Source: Somniosus microcephalus
Taxonomy: Eukaryota
Reading direction: 5' to 3'
Length of the DNA stretch: 64,000 nt
NCBI GenBank assembly: GCA_052327205.1
Contig: CM126225.1
Location: 21,204,001-21,268,000 of the forward strand
Positions 13,527-27,064 of this stretch are shown one piece after another. The position numbers and the translations under genes were made by a program. Below the pieces are notes generated by a model. The model had not been told where the DNA came from. It did no database searches and was given only the letters and a program-made list of their open reading frames with translations. How positions within the stretch are numbered: the first letter of the stretch is position 1; every line of letters starts with the position of its first letter.

Positions 13527-13898
13527 CATAGAAGATAGGAGCAGGAGTAGGCCATTCGGCCCCTCGAGCCTGCTCCGCCATTCAATGAGATCATGGCTGA
13601 TCATCCAAATTCAGTACTCTGTCCCTGCTTACTTCCCATATCCCTTGAGCCTCAAGAAATATATCTAACTCCTTCCTGAATATATTTAATAAATTGGCCT
13701 CAACTGCCTTCTGTGGTAGAGAATTCCACAGGTTCACCACTCTCTGGGTGAAGAAATTCCTCCTCATCTCAGCCCTAAATGGCTTACCCCTTATCCTTAG
13801 ACTGTGACCCCTGGTTCTGGACTCCCCCGCCATCAGGAAACATCCTTCTTGCATCTAGTCTGTCTAGTCCTGTTAGAATTTTATAAGCTTCAATGAGT
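13527..13898 (-). mobile_element. CR1 LINE 3' fragment
   Basis: SRTRGHSLRIRGKPFRAEMRRNFFTQRVVNLWNSLP; (TTCTATGT)-type tail; near-identical to 44510-44890. Confidence 0.9.
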
Positions 13899-13943
13899 TA
13901 GAATTTTATACGTTTTAATGAAGTCTGTTTTTTTTCTGTACAG

Positions 13944-13997
13944 GTTCAGCAACGCAGACAAGAACTGGAACAAGTACTGGGAATCCGTATCACTTAG
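13944..13997 (+). CDS. SMARCD2: SMARCD2 last coding exon to stop codon
   Basis: tttttttctgtacag| then VQQRRQELEQVLGIRIT-TAG. The paralog call is supported by the ELEQVLGIR motif and tail-to-tail synteny with PSMC5 as at human 17q23. Confidence 0.93.
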   Translation, partial: VQQRRQELEQVLGIRIT

Positions 13998-15246
13998 ATA
14001 CAATAGTGCCTCCCTTCCAAAGAACTGGAGCTCGACATTCACGTTACTTGCACTGCTTCTTCGATGTCAGAGACCTGGTTGAACTGCAGGGAAACTGCTC
14101 TTTATTGGGGACATTCTAGCACTATTTTCGTAAAAGTCTCAACTTTAAAAAATATATAAAATCCAATAATCTAGTGTCAGTAATGTTCTCTCCACTCTGC
14201 TGCAGTAGAGGCTGAGAGAGATACCAACTGTAGCAGAAGCAAATGATCTTGAAAAATAATCTTTTTAAAAGCCATTGCTTGACAATTCAAGGGTGTTCGC
14301 CCAACTTTTGGTTATGTATAACCCCAGCAACTTAATTTGACTGAAAGGCCTCTGGCATGGCCCAAATCTGCCATTAGATTTGCACATTTTTTTTTTGGTG
14401 TTGAAATGAAAAAGATTGCACAGCTGAGTGACTTATCAGAAGCCCCCGCAGAATAACCTGATGAATTCTTAAATAAAGTGATGAGTAAGTGAAGTGAAAG
14501 AACAGGATCGTCATTACCCCTTGGGATAGTGAAGGGGACATTACACTTATAAAGCATTAGTTCCGATAGCTGCAGTCTCTCAAGGACAAAAGCCACACTG
14601 CATTTTTGTAAGACTTCCCAGCACTTAAAACAAAAGGAAGTTTAGTGATCACTGCAGTTGGGCCTAGAAATAGATCTGTCTGCATTATGGGCAATATGAA
14701 TACATTTTGCGCTCATAAATCAATATCACATTCGTAACTTCTAGGCTAGTGTGTTTGCCCACTGAAAGTCTTGTGAAGTTTGAAGTTGCCACGGCGATTG
14801 TGCAGTTACCGAAGTGTGCATGAAATATTTTTTTGGATCTTTTCTGGGTATTGTGGGAGCACTTAAACAAGAAATGTCACTGCCTGGGTCACCCTTTGTA
14901 AAACTCAAATCCTCTCCTGTTTTAAGTTCTGCAGTTTTAATCAGTTTGGTCTTTCAAAAGATGATTATCGAATTGGAATTGGAACTGAATATCATAGCTG
15001 CAAGTCAAGGAGACAACTATCGCATTGCCGGAAGGATTATTTCAATCTATAGCAATAGAGTATGTATCCCATTATATGGACGACTGCCCCGATCAGATTA
15101 CCCAGTTTGTCCCCTTGCAGTGACACAATCCAGATTGCATTACCTTCAGGAAAGTACATCACAGTTTCTAGAGCTGTAGGCTCTGCCTTTACTTAATCAA
15201 TTTACTTATCAATATCCCATGAACTGATCTTTTTACAAGGACATTT

Positions 15247-15582
15247 GTTGCCTCACAGCGTCAGGGACCCGGGTTCGAATCCGGCCTCGGGTGACTGTCT
15301 GTGTGGAGTTTGCACATTCTCCCCGTGTTTGCGTGGGTTTCCTCCGGGTGCTCCGGTTTCCTCCCACAGTCCAAAGGTGTGCGGGTTAGGATGATTGGCG
15401 ATGATAAATTGACCCTTAGTGTTAGGGGGATTAAATACGGGGGATTAAATACGTGGGGTTACGGGGATAGGGTGGGATATGTGTTGGTGTAGGGGTTACG
15501 GGGATCGGGTGGGATATGTGTCGGTGCAGGCTCAATGGGCCGAAATGGCCTCTATCTGCACTGTGGGGTTTCTGTGATTTCT
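15247..15582 (+). mobile_element. HE1-type tRNA-derived V-SINE
   Basis: B box GGTTCGAATCC; V domain tgtgtggagtttgcacattctccccgtgtttgcgtgggtttcctccgggtgctccggtttcctccc; CR1-type tail. Confidence 0.85.
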
Positions 15583-15614
15583 GTCAGGTGTTAAAACATC
15601 ATTCACATTGCATG

Positions 15615-16055
15615 CATAAGAAAAGGAGTAGGCCATACAGCCTCTCGAGCCTGCTCCACCATTCAATAAGATCACGGCTGATCATCAACCTCAACTCCAC
15701 TTCCACCCGATCTTCTTATCCCTTGATTCCCCTAGAGTCCAAAAATCTATCTATCTCAGCTGTGAATGTACTCAAAGACTCAGCATGCACAGCACTTTGG
15801 GGCAGAGAATTCAAAAGATTCACAACTCTGAGTGAAGACATTCCTCCTCATCTCAGTCTTCAATGACCTACCCCTTATCCTGAGACTATGCCCCTTAGTT
15901 CTAGACTTTCCAGCCAGGGAAACAATCTCTCAGCATCTACCCTGTCAATCCCCCTCAGAATCTTGTATGTTTCAATGAGATCACCTCTCATTCTTCTAAA
16001 CTCCAGAGAGTATAGGCTCAATCTCTCATCATAGGACAGCCCTCTCATCCCAAGA
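15615..16055 (-). mobile_element. CR1 LINE 3' fragment
   Basis: LYSLEFRRMRGDLIETYKILRGIDRVD. Confidence 0.88.
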
Positions 16056-19000
16056 GTGTAAAATGTACCATTGCACAAATTATTTGCATCCAACCCAAAG
16101 AAAGCACTGGTAATCAGAAATTGCACAAATAAATTGCTCCAATGGTTAACATTGAAAAGAATCCTGTTTGTGGATATTGTGGAATCAGGATGAACTCTAC
16201 GTAGTTTGATAGAGCAGTTTAGGAAATCCAGATTCAGGATGGATTGGGCCTTACATTTTAGTTTAAATGGAAAAATGTACATCTTCCGGCTATACATAGA
16301 GATAAATGGGCACTGTTTCTGACAAGTCATTCAGCAATCTTTAAGGGAACTGCTGTGAGGAGAATCCCATTTGTTCAAGTACGCACGCACCAATTTCCTC
16401 TAAAACATACACTTGTGTACGTAGACGATAAGAAATCAAATTGTTATGAGCGGGTTCAAAACAGTTGCATACTGTGGAGGGGGAGAAAAAGTATGAAAAA
16501 TGCCCTTGTAGTTTAGATCCTCAGAAGTGCTTAATTAGCTCCAACTAATTTTTATTGGGATTCAACTCAAACATTTTCTTAAAGTTGAACCAGTGAAATG
16601 GGTTTGTTTCTTTTTAAAACTGCTAGCCACCAGAGTAAATTTAAACTCGAAACAGACTCCGAGGACACAGTTGATGTCGTCAGTCAGTGTCAGCGGGAGT
16701 GCAAGCACTATAGCAACCCAATTTTAATAAGCATTTAACTTGATTTTAAGACTGTGCAACTCAATTTCACATTTCATGCTTCTGAACCATCAAAACAAAG
16801 TCAGTCACATCTAGAGCCATATGGAGAGTAATGCAGTTAGAAGACACTAGCCAAAGCTTTAATGCTCAATAAATGGAGCATCTACTTTAATAACAAAACC
16901 CTTACCAAAACCTGGGTCCTGTCATGAAACAAATTAATACAAATCTGCACAGAGCTGGATCTAAACGATAATCAGAGGACCTGAATAGGAATACAGATAG
17001 GCTACAATTCCAACCTTGTGGAGTTTTTAATTTTGGGATTGTTAATATTCGATTTCCTTAGGAAGTTTCATTTAGAGAAAGGAGCTGCTTTCCTACAGCA
17101 TCGTACAATCGCTTTTTTATATGGAATTTTTTTTTCCAAAGTTCAGGAAAATAAAGTTTTTAAGGGTACGCAACTGTTGAATATTTCAGGTAGAACTTGC
17201 ATTTTTTTTAATTAAAAACTGCTGACTGTAAATTTAAATGTTAAATCTGAATTACAGATTTTGCAAAGCTTTAGCTATAATGGTTTACAGTAATGATTGC
17301 TGCGTGAGTGTGGAATAGTTTAGAACGGGGTTTGAAATGCAGGGAAATTGCTTTTGTGAGATTGTGATTAGTTATGTGGCTGGGCAATAACGGTATCAAG
17401 AGTATCTGCACCAGGAGGGAATGTCTCTTATTCAGTGTACCGTGAATTACTAGCACAAACAAAAATCATTAAACTGCAAATCTACACTTCACACTAAGCC
17501 CGGGGCCCGCATCATCCCCGATAGGACAATCAGCTAGCTTTTTCTTGTTGGGTATGTCAATACTATGTTATACAGTCCAGTCAGGATACTAGCTGCTCGA
17601 GCTTAAGCTATTCAGTCAGGTTAATCATCAGGCTCCTAATGCAACTCCTTACATTGAATAGGCATTTTTAGTCGAAACTCCACAAAATACAAACGTGTAC
17701 AAGGCTTTTTATTTGGAGGATGATTGATCCATTATCAGTTTGTGGTGCACTGTGGGCCTATCAGGAAACATGTATTTCATGCACTATGATCTGATTTATT
17801 CCATTTGCTTTTGTTAATAAAAAGTTATTGCAGGTATTTGCATCAGAGAAGCAGGTCAGTACAATTCACTTCACTCACACTTAAGAACTCTAGCATAGTC
17901 ACAACACATTACATGAACTTTTTTTATACAAGATAAATTCCTCCCCCTCTCCGCTTATTGCTACTCTCCATGAGAGCAACCCATGGGTAAGTTTCCTTAC
18001 AAAGAATGGCAACTCAAGTTGCCATTGGCTATCAGCCAAGACAGTGAGATAGTAGCTAACTTACCATGAAGTCCATCCCACCTGACTCCAATCCTTCCCT
18101 CGCCCAAAATCCACACATTCACTTCCAGCAAGTATAACTGGATAGAGATCAGATGGGAGATTGAACCCCATCCTAGCACAGAGCAGGAAGTAAATTTGGG
18201 ACTTGTATAATTCTAAACATTAATTAGGTTAAAAGATTCAGGCTTCATTATCACCAAGTTTCCATTATAGTGAATGCAAATACAGAATTAGTCACATACT
18301 GAAATCTGCTCACTCTTCCACTTAAGATGCCCACTGGATTCCATAAATCCAATACTCCTACCTTTGTGGTACTACCAGGCTCATGTGAGCGAAGACGCAA
18401 AGCAGTAGGGTATTTACCAAAGACAATTAGCTTTTTCTCTAGCGAGGATGCCAGTTGGTGAAGCCTCCCCAGTACTCCTACACACAATGTTTCAGGCTGT
18501 TGCTAATGGTATAAGTGTACTTTAACACAAAAGGTCAGTTTAAATGTACTGGGATGGAGAATGTAGGAATAGATTCCAATTTGTAGAAACTCATTCAGCT
18601 TAGCAGATGGCAAATCTTAACAGTGGGCATGGGCCACTGCAGGACCATTATTGAAAGTATTTAACATTTTCAATTCAAATAGGCCCTTTTGCCCAAATTA
18701 CCCTCAAGAATAAATGAGGCTCCAAGTATTTACTACCAAGTGAACAACTTTTAAGATTACAGGAGCAGGCTCTTTTACTTTGAGTAGGAAGCACACTGCA
18801 GTGCAGTCTCAATAGAGCACAAACTCCCCATCATATGTCAGTTGACTTTTGAGTACATACTGGCTCAGGATTTAACTAAATTTAAATATTTGCAGAGCCT
18901 GAAATAAGCATCTATTGTTCTATTTTACTAGTGCACGATAGACATACCAACAGTACCTAGTCACTGAAATGCTGTGATGCAACAAGACAGTCATTTCCAT

Positions 19001-19944
19001 TAGTCTGACTGAATACAAGGAATAATTTGGAAACTGAACCTCAAGATAGAAGGGCGCGGTGTACCAACAGGCCATAAGTAATAAGACATTCAGTATATGG
19101 CCCCATTCCTAGTAACAAGTTCAGAATTAAAAGTGCAATTGCTTTATAGCACAAGATGGCGGTGCTGGGATCTATGCTACATGCCCAGAACATTCAAAAC
19201 TAACAGTATAGGAACATTTCCAATTGGAAAATGACACGACTGTAACAAGAGACATTCTTCCTGTTGTGTGTAGCATGCAGCCAATAGTGTAACGACTTAA
19301 GTGATGCTTTTACACATTTATATTTACAGATTTTTAAATGTTTTTGATGCTTTTATATTCAATGCAGTGGTGTGCAGGACCAAGGTACACGTGGATATTT
19401 ATACAGAGTACGCCTGTATTGGTTAGCTACTTGCCTCATAGCTTGTAAAAAGTGAAACATTGTTGGAAGATTGCATTTTATGCTGCATAAATTGAGTTAA
19501 TTTTGATACGGTTTGAAAATTGCACAGCTTTGTAACTGAAGGAGGTTCAGCCATCGTCCATTCCAAAGGGCTTCTGGTTCTGCAAAGCAAATGTGACCAA
19601 GGCAGCCACGTTCTGATTTTACAACCATTTTATTATGCAGCAGTTTCAGTAAAGCACCAGCATAATACTGCATTACTAGTTGATGGGCTGCACTCTATCA
19701 ATGGCTGCCTGGGAACTCTGAAGCACTTAGTGAGAGGCGGGTTTTAAAAAAAGTACAAAATGTTACTGGCTTATAGGAACTCATCGGAATGAAGTTACAA
19801 CACAAAAAGCGTCAGAGGTCCATGTGACAGGCACTGCCCGACAGGTACAACAATGCTTATTGATATTTACATTGTAATTTGGTGCTTCTGTTCCATTTGG
19901 GACCACATCATGTACAAGTCTCGCTGTAGATGTTTTGCATTGAA

Positions 19945-19954
19945 AATAAATAAA
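19945..19954 (+). terminator. SMARCD2: Probable distal polyadenylation signal of SMARCD2 (overlapping AATAAATAAA)
   Basis: Two overlapping AATAAA with several upstream TGTA elements and U-rich downstream sequence. Other AATAAA occur near 16128, 16868, 17149, 17816 and 18708. Confidence 0.5.
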
Positions 19955-20664
19955 ACAAAACTGATCCCTACCGTATTTATTTCACAACTACTAATTTTGT
20001 GGGGGGCGGGACAGAATTGGGTGAAACAGGCGGCAGTAATTTCTGCAGGGGTTCTCCTACCGTAACTTCCGCGAAAAACCCTAGCGGGCTTCTCCTCAAA
20101 ACTCCCGCAGAAAGTCTGCTTCACCCAGATTATATTACTTGCATTTTAAAAAAAAGTTAAGAGTAATATTGGGTGCAAAAAATTGAGAGCCTTACTGTTC
20201 CATCCCGGATTGGGCAGTTTCACTGTCTTTTGACAGATAGAATGAACACTTCCTCCTCATTGCTGTTGACCCAAGTAAAACAATTTTGAGAGAAATCATT
20301 TAACATGCAAAATGTAGGTTTACTGGACTAATACTGCGCAGACTTAATGGAAGGGAATAACAATGTATTTTCAATGTTTTATAAAAAGTCATCACAATAA
20401 CCATCGGCTTTCCGGGGGTTGGGGGGGCAAGATAGTAGAAATAGATTAAATTTGGTTCAAGCCTAAATTTAGAAACCCGAAAAAAGGTCCTAAAGCATCA
20501 AGCCCAGTCCCGGCGCACATGTAACCTGACCCAGGCGGTCCAAATGAAACTCTCTTCAGAGAGATCGCTAAACACTAAAACTCGTTGTGTAGCAATGACC
20601 ACCAAGTTACGATGAACACAATTAATAACTTTACAGTATTGAGTCTCGAGTGGCTTTATCGACA

Positions 20665-20670
20665 TTTATT
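20665..20670 (-). terminator. PSMC5: PSMC5 polyadenylation signal AATAAA
   Basis: TTTATT on + strand, 87 nt past the stop codon. Confidence 0.75.
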
Positions 20671-20756
20671 AAAGACAGGAAAGCTTACAATGATTTGATA
20701 TTTTCAAACAGTAAAATCTCCCACCAGCCAGCTTACAGCAACCTCACGACATGCAT

Positions 20757-20810
20757 TTACTTCCATAGCTTCTTGATGGACATGTTCTTTTCACTGTCCT
20801 TCTGCATAAC
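20757..20810 (-). CDS. PSMC5: PSMC5 (Rpt6/SUG1, 26S proteasome AAA-ATPase) last exon (12, human numbering)
   Basis: ttgtag| VMQKDSEKNMSIKKLWK-TAA. Confidence 0.97.
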   Translation of the reverse strand, partial: VMQKDSEKNMSIKKLWK

Positions 20811-21074
20811 CTACAATTAAGGAAAAGGATTTGTTGATAATCACCATGAACAGCAGAGCATAACTAAGTGACCGACAAAGCAACCTTTATTAAAATTAAC
20901 CCTCATAGGTACACATGGGTTCTAAAAACAGACTAGAAGAACTGTTTTATTGGAAAAAATACATGGTACCAAGTGAAAAATTCTAAATATGCCAATGGGG
21001 CGGTTATGAGTCAATTTCCCTGGTCATGGAGTGGCCACCAAGACATGGGAGAGTCTGTCACATGCCAATTACCA

Positions 21075-22735
21075 AAGTGTTGTGAATTCTCTACCTCCAA
21101 AGGGCTGTGGATGCTGAGTCGATGAGTATATTCAAGGCTGAGATCGATAGATTTTTGGAATCAAGGGATATGGTAATCGGGGGGGGGGAATGGAGTTGAG
21201 GTCGCTGATCAGCCATGATCTTATTGAATGGCGGAGCAGGCTCGAGGGGCCATATGGCCTGCTCCTAATTCTTATGTTTCTCTCTTATACCTATAAAGTC
21301 ATAGAGAGATAGTGCCTAATGTATTCCAGCAAAACACCAGGAATAGCTTCCTTCAGGACAGCTTTTATTTCTGGCACTTGTGCATAGAAATTAATAAGTC
21401 ATAGTCATAATGGCACAGAAGGAGTCCATTCGGCCCATCGAGTCCATGCCGGCTCTCTGTAGAGCAATCCAGTCAGTCCCATTCCCCCGCTCTATCCCCG
21501 TAGCCCTGCAAGTTTATTTCCCTCAAGTGCCTATCCAGTCTCCCCTTGAAAACATTGAGTGTCTCCGCTTCCACCACTTCCGTCGGCAGCGAGTTCCAGG
21601 TCCTCACCACTCGCTACGTGAAAAAGTTTTTCCTCACATCCCCCCGTATCTCTTGCCCAAAACCTTAAATTTGTGCCCCCTAGTCCTTTTACCGTAAACT
21701 CGTAGGAACAGCCTTTTCCTGTCTAGCCTATCCAAACCAGTAATAATCTTGTACACCTCTATCAAGTCACCCCTCAACCTCCTTTGCTCTAATGAAAACA
21801 AATCCAGCTTCTCCAACCTGTCCTTGTAACTAAGATTCCCCCATACCTGGAACCATTCTGGTAAATCTCCTCTGCACCCTCTCAAAGGTGTGAAAAGTCA
21901 TGGAGAGAAAGTTGGTTGAGAGACAAGAAATGAACAGTTTGTGTAAATTGGTGTTGCTCAGATTGAAGGGTTGAAAATGTGTATCCCGAGGGCAGTACTG
22001 GAGCCACGTTTGTGTCTGTGGACTGTAAAAGACTTCAGCAAGACAGACAAATTGACAGAATGGATAGACAAGTGGAAGGTGCAATTTAATGTAGAAAAAA
22101 TGCAAGGAATACATTTTGGGCAGGGGAAGAAAAAGGAACTGTATTGGAAAGACACTGCAGGGTGTGGATGAAAAGAGGGATCTAAGGGTTCAAATTCCCT
22201 GAAAGTGCAGGCAAATACAGCCAAATAAAAAGGCCAACAGCATTTTGGATTTTATAAATAAGGTCGGAAGATACAAGAGCAAAGAAGTTAAAAAAGCATT
22301 TGTACAAAACATTGGTAGACCTTGGTTAGAGTAGTTTTAGGTGCCCCATTATAGAAAATACATTAAACGTATAGACAATATACAGTATAAATTCACCAGG
22401 ATGATGTTAGTAATTATGAAAACAGACTAGATATTAGGATTATTTCCACAGAAACAGTGAAGGTTATAAAGATCTAATAGACACCTTTAAAATGATTAAG
22501 GGTTTTGATAGAGTGAATAGTAAGACTATTTCTTCTGGTTCAGGAGTCATCAATTTAAAATAGTCACTTGAATGAGGAGAGAGATGAGAAATGTCTTTGT
22601 AAGGAGGGTTGCTGGCGCATGCAATGCTCTGCCATAAGGAGTTGTTGACGCAGAGAACACTGCATCTTTTACGGTAAAATTGGACCAATATTAGAAACAG
22701 AGGGAGATACAGGGTATCGGATTTGTTTTGGGTTG
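21075..22735. mobile_element. Cluster of CR1 fragments in the last PSMC5 intron (+ ~21075-21285, - ~21395-21890, + ~21890-22735)
   Basis: CR1 tails and RT C-terminal peptides (LFSLEQRRLRGDLIEVYK; WIDKWKVQFNVEK). Confidence 0.8.
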
Positions 22736-23018
22736 CCATCCAAATGGCCTCCCGCTATGCTACAAATCTCTATATGGTTATAAAAAACCAGATAAGAGGC
22801 CAGCCTATTGTTCCCTCTTTGCCAATCCCAAGCTTCTGGCCACATGATTCCAGTAACCCGTCTCACACATTCACAACTTGTATCTCAATATTTCTTTTGT
22901 TGCCAACATTATACAAAGTCTGAATATTCTACCTAAAATAGATTAGTTTGCGATGAAGCGTATGGATTTCGTACAAGAAAAATTTCTTGGTCAAGAAAAT
23001 TTACAGAATTCTCAATCA

Positions 23019-23174
<156 letters not shown>

Positions 23175-23635
23175 CTAGTACTGCAGACAGCAGTTAATCA
23201 CAGCAATGCAGATATGATGCATGTACTCTGTTCTTAGTAGGTTGTATTGGAAACGTTTAATAAGCTACACAATTGAGGCTTTGCTGATCTACCATCCAGT
23301 CAGATTTAGCCAGTTGGCAAAGTAACAAATTAAACAAGGCAATTAATTTTTCACAATAAAACAAATTTAACTTAGTGCAGAACTTCACAATTAAAAGGAG
23401 ACTGCAGATTTGCTTTGAACAATTTGACTCAATATGCAAGTGCAAAGTATCTAAATTGCCAATATCTTTCAGCTTTACTACTTGGTTGGAGCAGATTCAA
23501 GTGTTAGGAAAGATTATTGCGGTGTATGATGTACTATACTATTTATACATTTAGAGGAAAAAACAAACAGTCATGGACTTGGCAGTAGTGCAGTTTCCAA
23601 TCAGCAGAATTAAGATAATTGGGTTAATCTCTCAC

Positions 23636-23746
23636 CTTAACCTCTGCACCGGATGCCCCTGGCATCAGCTCAGCAATCTTGCGCAGATTGATGCCACGTG
23701 TTAAGTTCATCTTGCGAGAATGAATCTTCAGAATGTCAAGACGAGC
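23636..23746 (-). CDS. PSMC5: PSMC5 exon 10
   Basis: 111 nt, [41 protein letters not shown]. Confidence 0.97.
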
Positions 23747-24460
23747 CTGAGGAAAGGGAAAGGGTGGGGGGAAGGAAGCAAAAACAACATTTTCACTAAG
23801 CAAAGCAGTTGAAATTTGTGCGTGCTATTAAAATGTGTTAATGATCAAGCAGATTGGCTTTTGTGAGAGGCCGTGTGTTGGATTGGATTTGCAGCACTCA
23901 AAGTGGAGTCTGGGAACACTTGGCTTTTAAGCAAAATAACGTTAGTCACCAACTATGTGGAATTTCAGAAGTTACTGTGAACCAAAGTGCTGTGGCCAAC
24001 TAATAACTTCTGCTGGAGCTGCAAAAAATATCACTGTTGCTTTGGAAACTAATGTTTAAGAGTGGCAACTTTTAAATTAAATAGTTCTAAGTAATAAAGA
24101 AACCAAATGAAGCTTCCTTAAATAGGTACAGAGCTCCTATTTACCAGTTATGTATGGTTCATAAAAGATGCCCAGGGAATTTACTGTCCCACCCGCGGCT
24201 ACCCCGAACAACAAACCAAAAGCGGAGTACAGTCGCAGGATATCATCTGCGACTAATGAGTAGAACAGGACCAAAGTAAACAGATGCAAAGTTTCCATTT
24301 ACAAACACAGATGTTGAACTGCTGCCATCAAAAACAAAGAGCAAGTTTCTTTCCAAAGAACTTTATCATTTTATGATTGAATGCTGCAAGATAAGTCTAA
24401 AACATTTGGTTTCTTGAATTTCATCGTGAAATGATAACATGTCAACAAAAAAAATCATTA

Positions 24461-24751
<291 letters not shown>

Positions 24752-25055
24752 TCAGGGAGACTCCTTCTCTCATCTACCAGACTAATGCTGGGAACCATAG
24801 CTAGGCTAGGACTCTGATGTATGCACAAAGGGATGTACTTCTCCACATAACCAACCATGGCCTAATGCACAGAAGACAGCCTCCAATGAACAAATTACTT
24901 ACTTCTTTTTTTCCACCAGTGTTGTGGCCTAGAGGAAGAGAAGCTCACCTCCATGTCCCCTACATAAAAAAGGTTCCAAATAGTCTTTTCCCCTTCTGCC
25001 CTCCCTTCCAGCAGTTTAACAACCATGTTTTAGTGCACATACATACCATTAGTTA

Positions 25056-25415
<360 letters not shown>

Positions 25416-25635
25416 CTACAGATTTTTGCTTGCTAAATCGGTCAGTGAGGATGTTTCCTGTTAACTGCACAGATTATCTTGGCCAATTTCCACCAGTTGG
25501 GAAAGCGGAGGATGATTAAAGCCATCCCACTTAATCCACATCTACTCTAAACTAAAAGAAACTTCAAAGTCGTGACCTTATTTTTAAAGAGTCAGACGTC
25601 TGTCTGTCAACCGATCCCTTTGATCAGATTAAAGG

Positions 25636-26270
25636 CTGTAACTTTCCAATGGCTCAGTAGTTAACAGAAACAACCTAGTGGTGCTGGGCAAGTCAGACCA
25701 GGATAGTACCAGGTTTGAGCTGAATTAGCTCAAAAGACTTTCAAACAGTGGTCCCCAGGGAGTCGGAGATCATATTCCTCTATTTTCAATATTTATTCGT
25801 TTACCAGCATGTAATTTCTATTGCTGAATACCAAGACATTTTTCTGCAATGATAGAACTGATTCCTTTGGATAGCTGGCAAACTGATCCCTGGAAGTGTG
25901 TCAATATTTGTAAGGGGTCCTCAGGAGTGTGTTGATATTTGCAAGGAGTCACCCACACAGAAATATTTCAAAACCATTGGATTAGGAGATCTCAGCCATA
26001 GCAGTGATACGCGACTACAATGGCCTCAGTGTTTCCCATACTAGGGAAAAGAGCAGGATAAAAGGTCAAGATTCTTACTCCTCATTAGTATCCAGTAAAA
26101 CCCACAAAGTATTAGTGTCTAGACATCAGGTAAAGAAAGCAGGCTTGGCTTTGACGTCTCTTCTTTGCCTCACTGTTGAGTTTCCCAACAACACTCACAG
26201 CCATATGAAGAATAACCACTTGGACATAGTGGAGGGCTGCTGACACCCATGGAATTGCTTTCAGAACAGC
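25636..26270 (+). mobile_element. LF-SINE-like element, interrupted by a degenerate hAT-like insert (~25731-25979)
   Basis: gatctcagcc..ctacaatggcctcag..ctaggg..tatccagt..atgaagaataaccacttgg..ggagggctgctgacacccatggaa resembles the LF-SINE consensus as I recall it. Confidence 0.6.
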
Positions 26271-26354
26271 AAGAACTGAAAAATAAAATACAGCCTGTAT
26301 CTCACCCCCAGATGTCTTATTCATGTAATGGTCCAACTTTTGATCCACTCATAT

Positions 26355-26700
26355 CTCAGATCTGTGGTGAGTTAGTTGATCTCAGCCAGACCCACAGAGG
26401 CTACAACTAGCCTCGATGCTCTGCCCTGAAAGGGTGGGGGGGGGGGTTGGCGCAAACCAGCCTGGATTCCTATCCAATGTCCCTTGCTAGAAAATGCTCA
26501 GCTGTGAATGTCAAATGAGGACAGGATCAGGCTTGGTTCAGATACCCCCAGATGGGCTAATGGACCGCACACACGCACTGTCAAGACTCACATGAATAAC
26601 AGGCACGTGAATGAGAATCCAGAGGGCTGCCAATGCCCTTGGAACAATACCCAGGCACAAATAATCAACTCTAGAAAAGGGAAGACAACCAGGGGGAGAA
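26355..26700 (+). mobile_element. LF-SINE-like element
   Basis: gagttagttgatctcagcc..gaggacaggatcaggcttgg..cactgtcaagactcacatgaa. Confidence 0.6.
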
Positions 26701-26756
26701 GAAACAAAAATAGTGAATAAACTCCGTTAGTTACATAATGCACGCAACACAATGTA

Positions 26757-27064
<308 letters not shown>

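Noticed and set aside
19152-19163. YY1-like motif CAAGATGGCGG
   Set aside because: A single short match in a presumed 3'UTR with no other promoter features.
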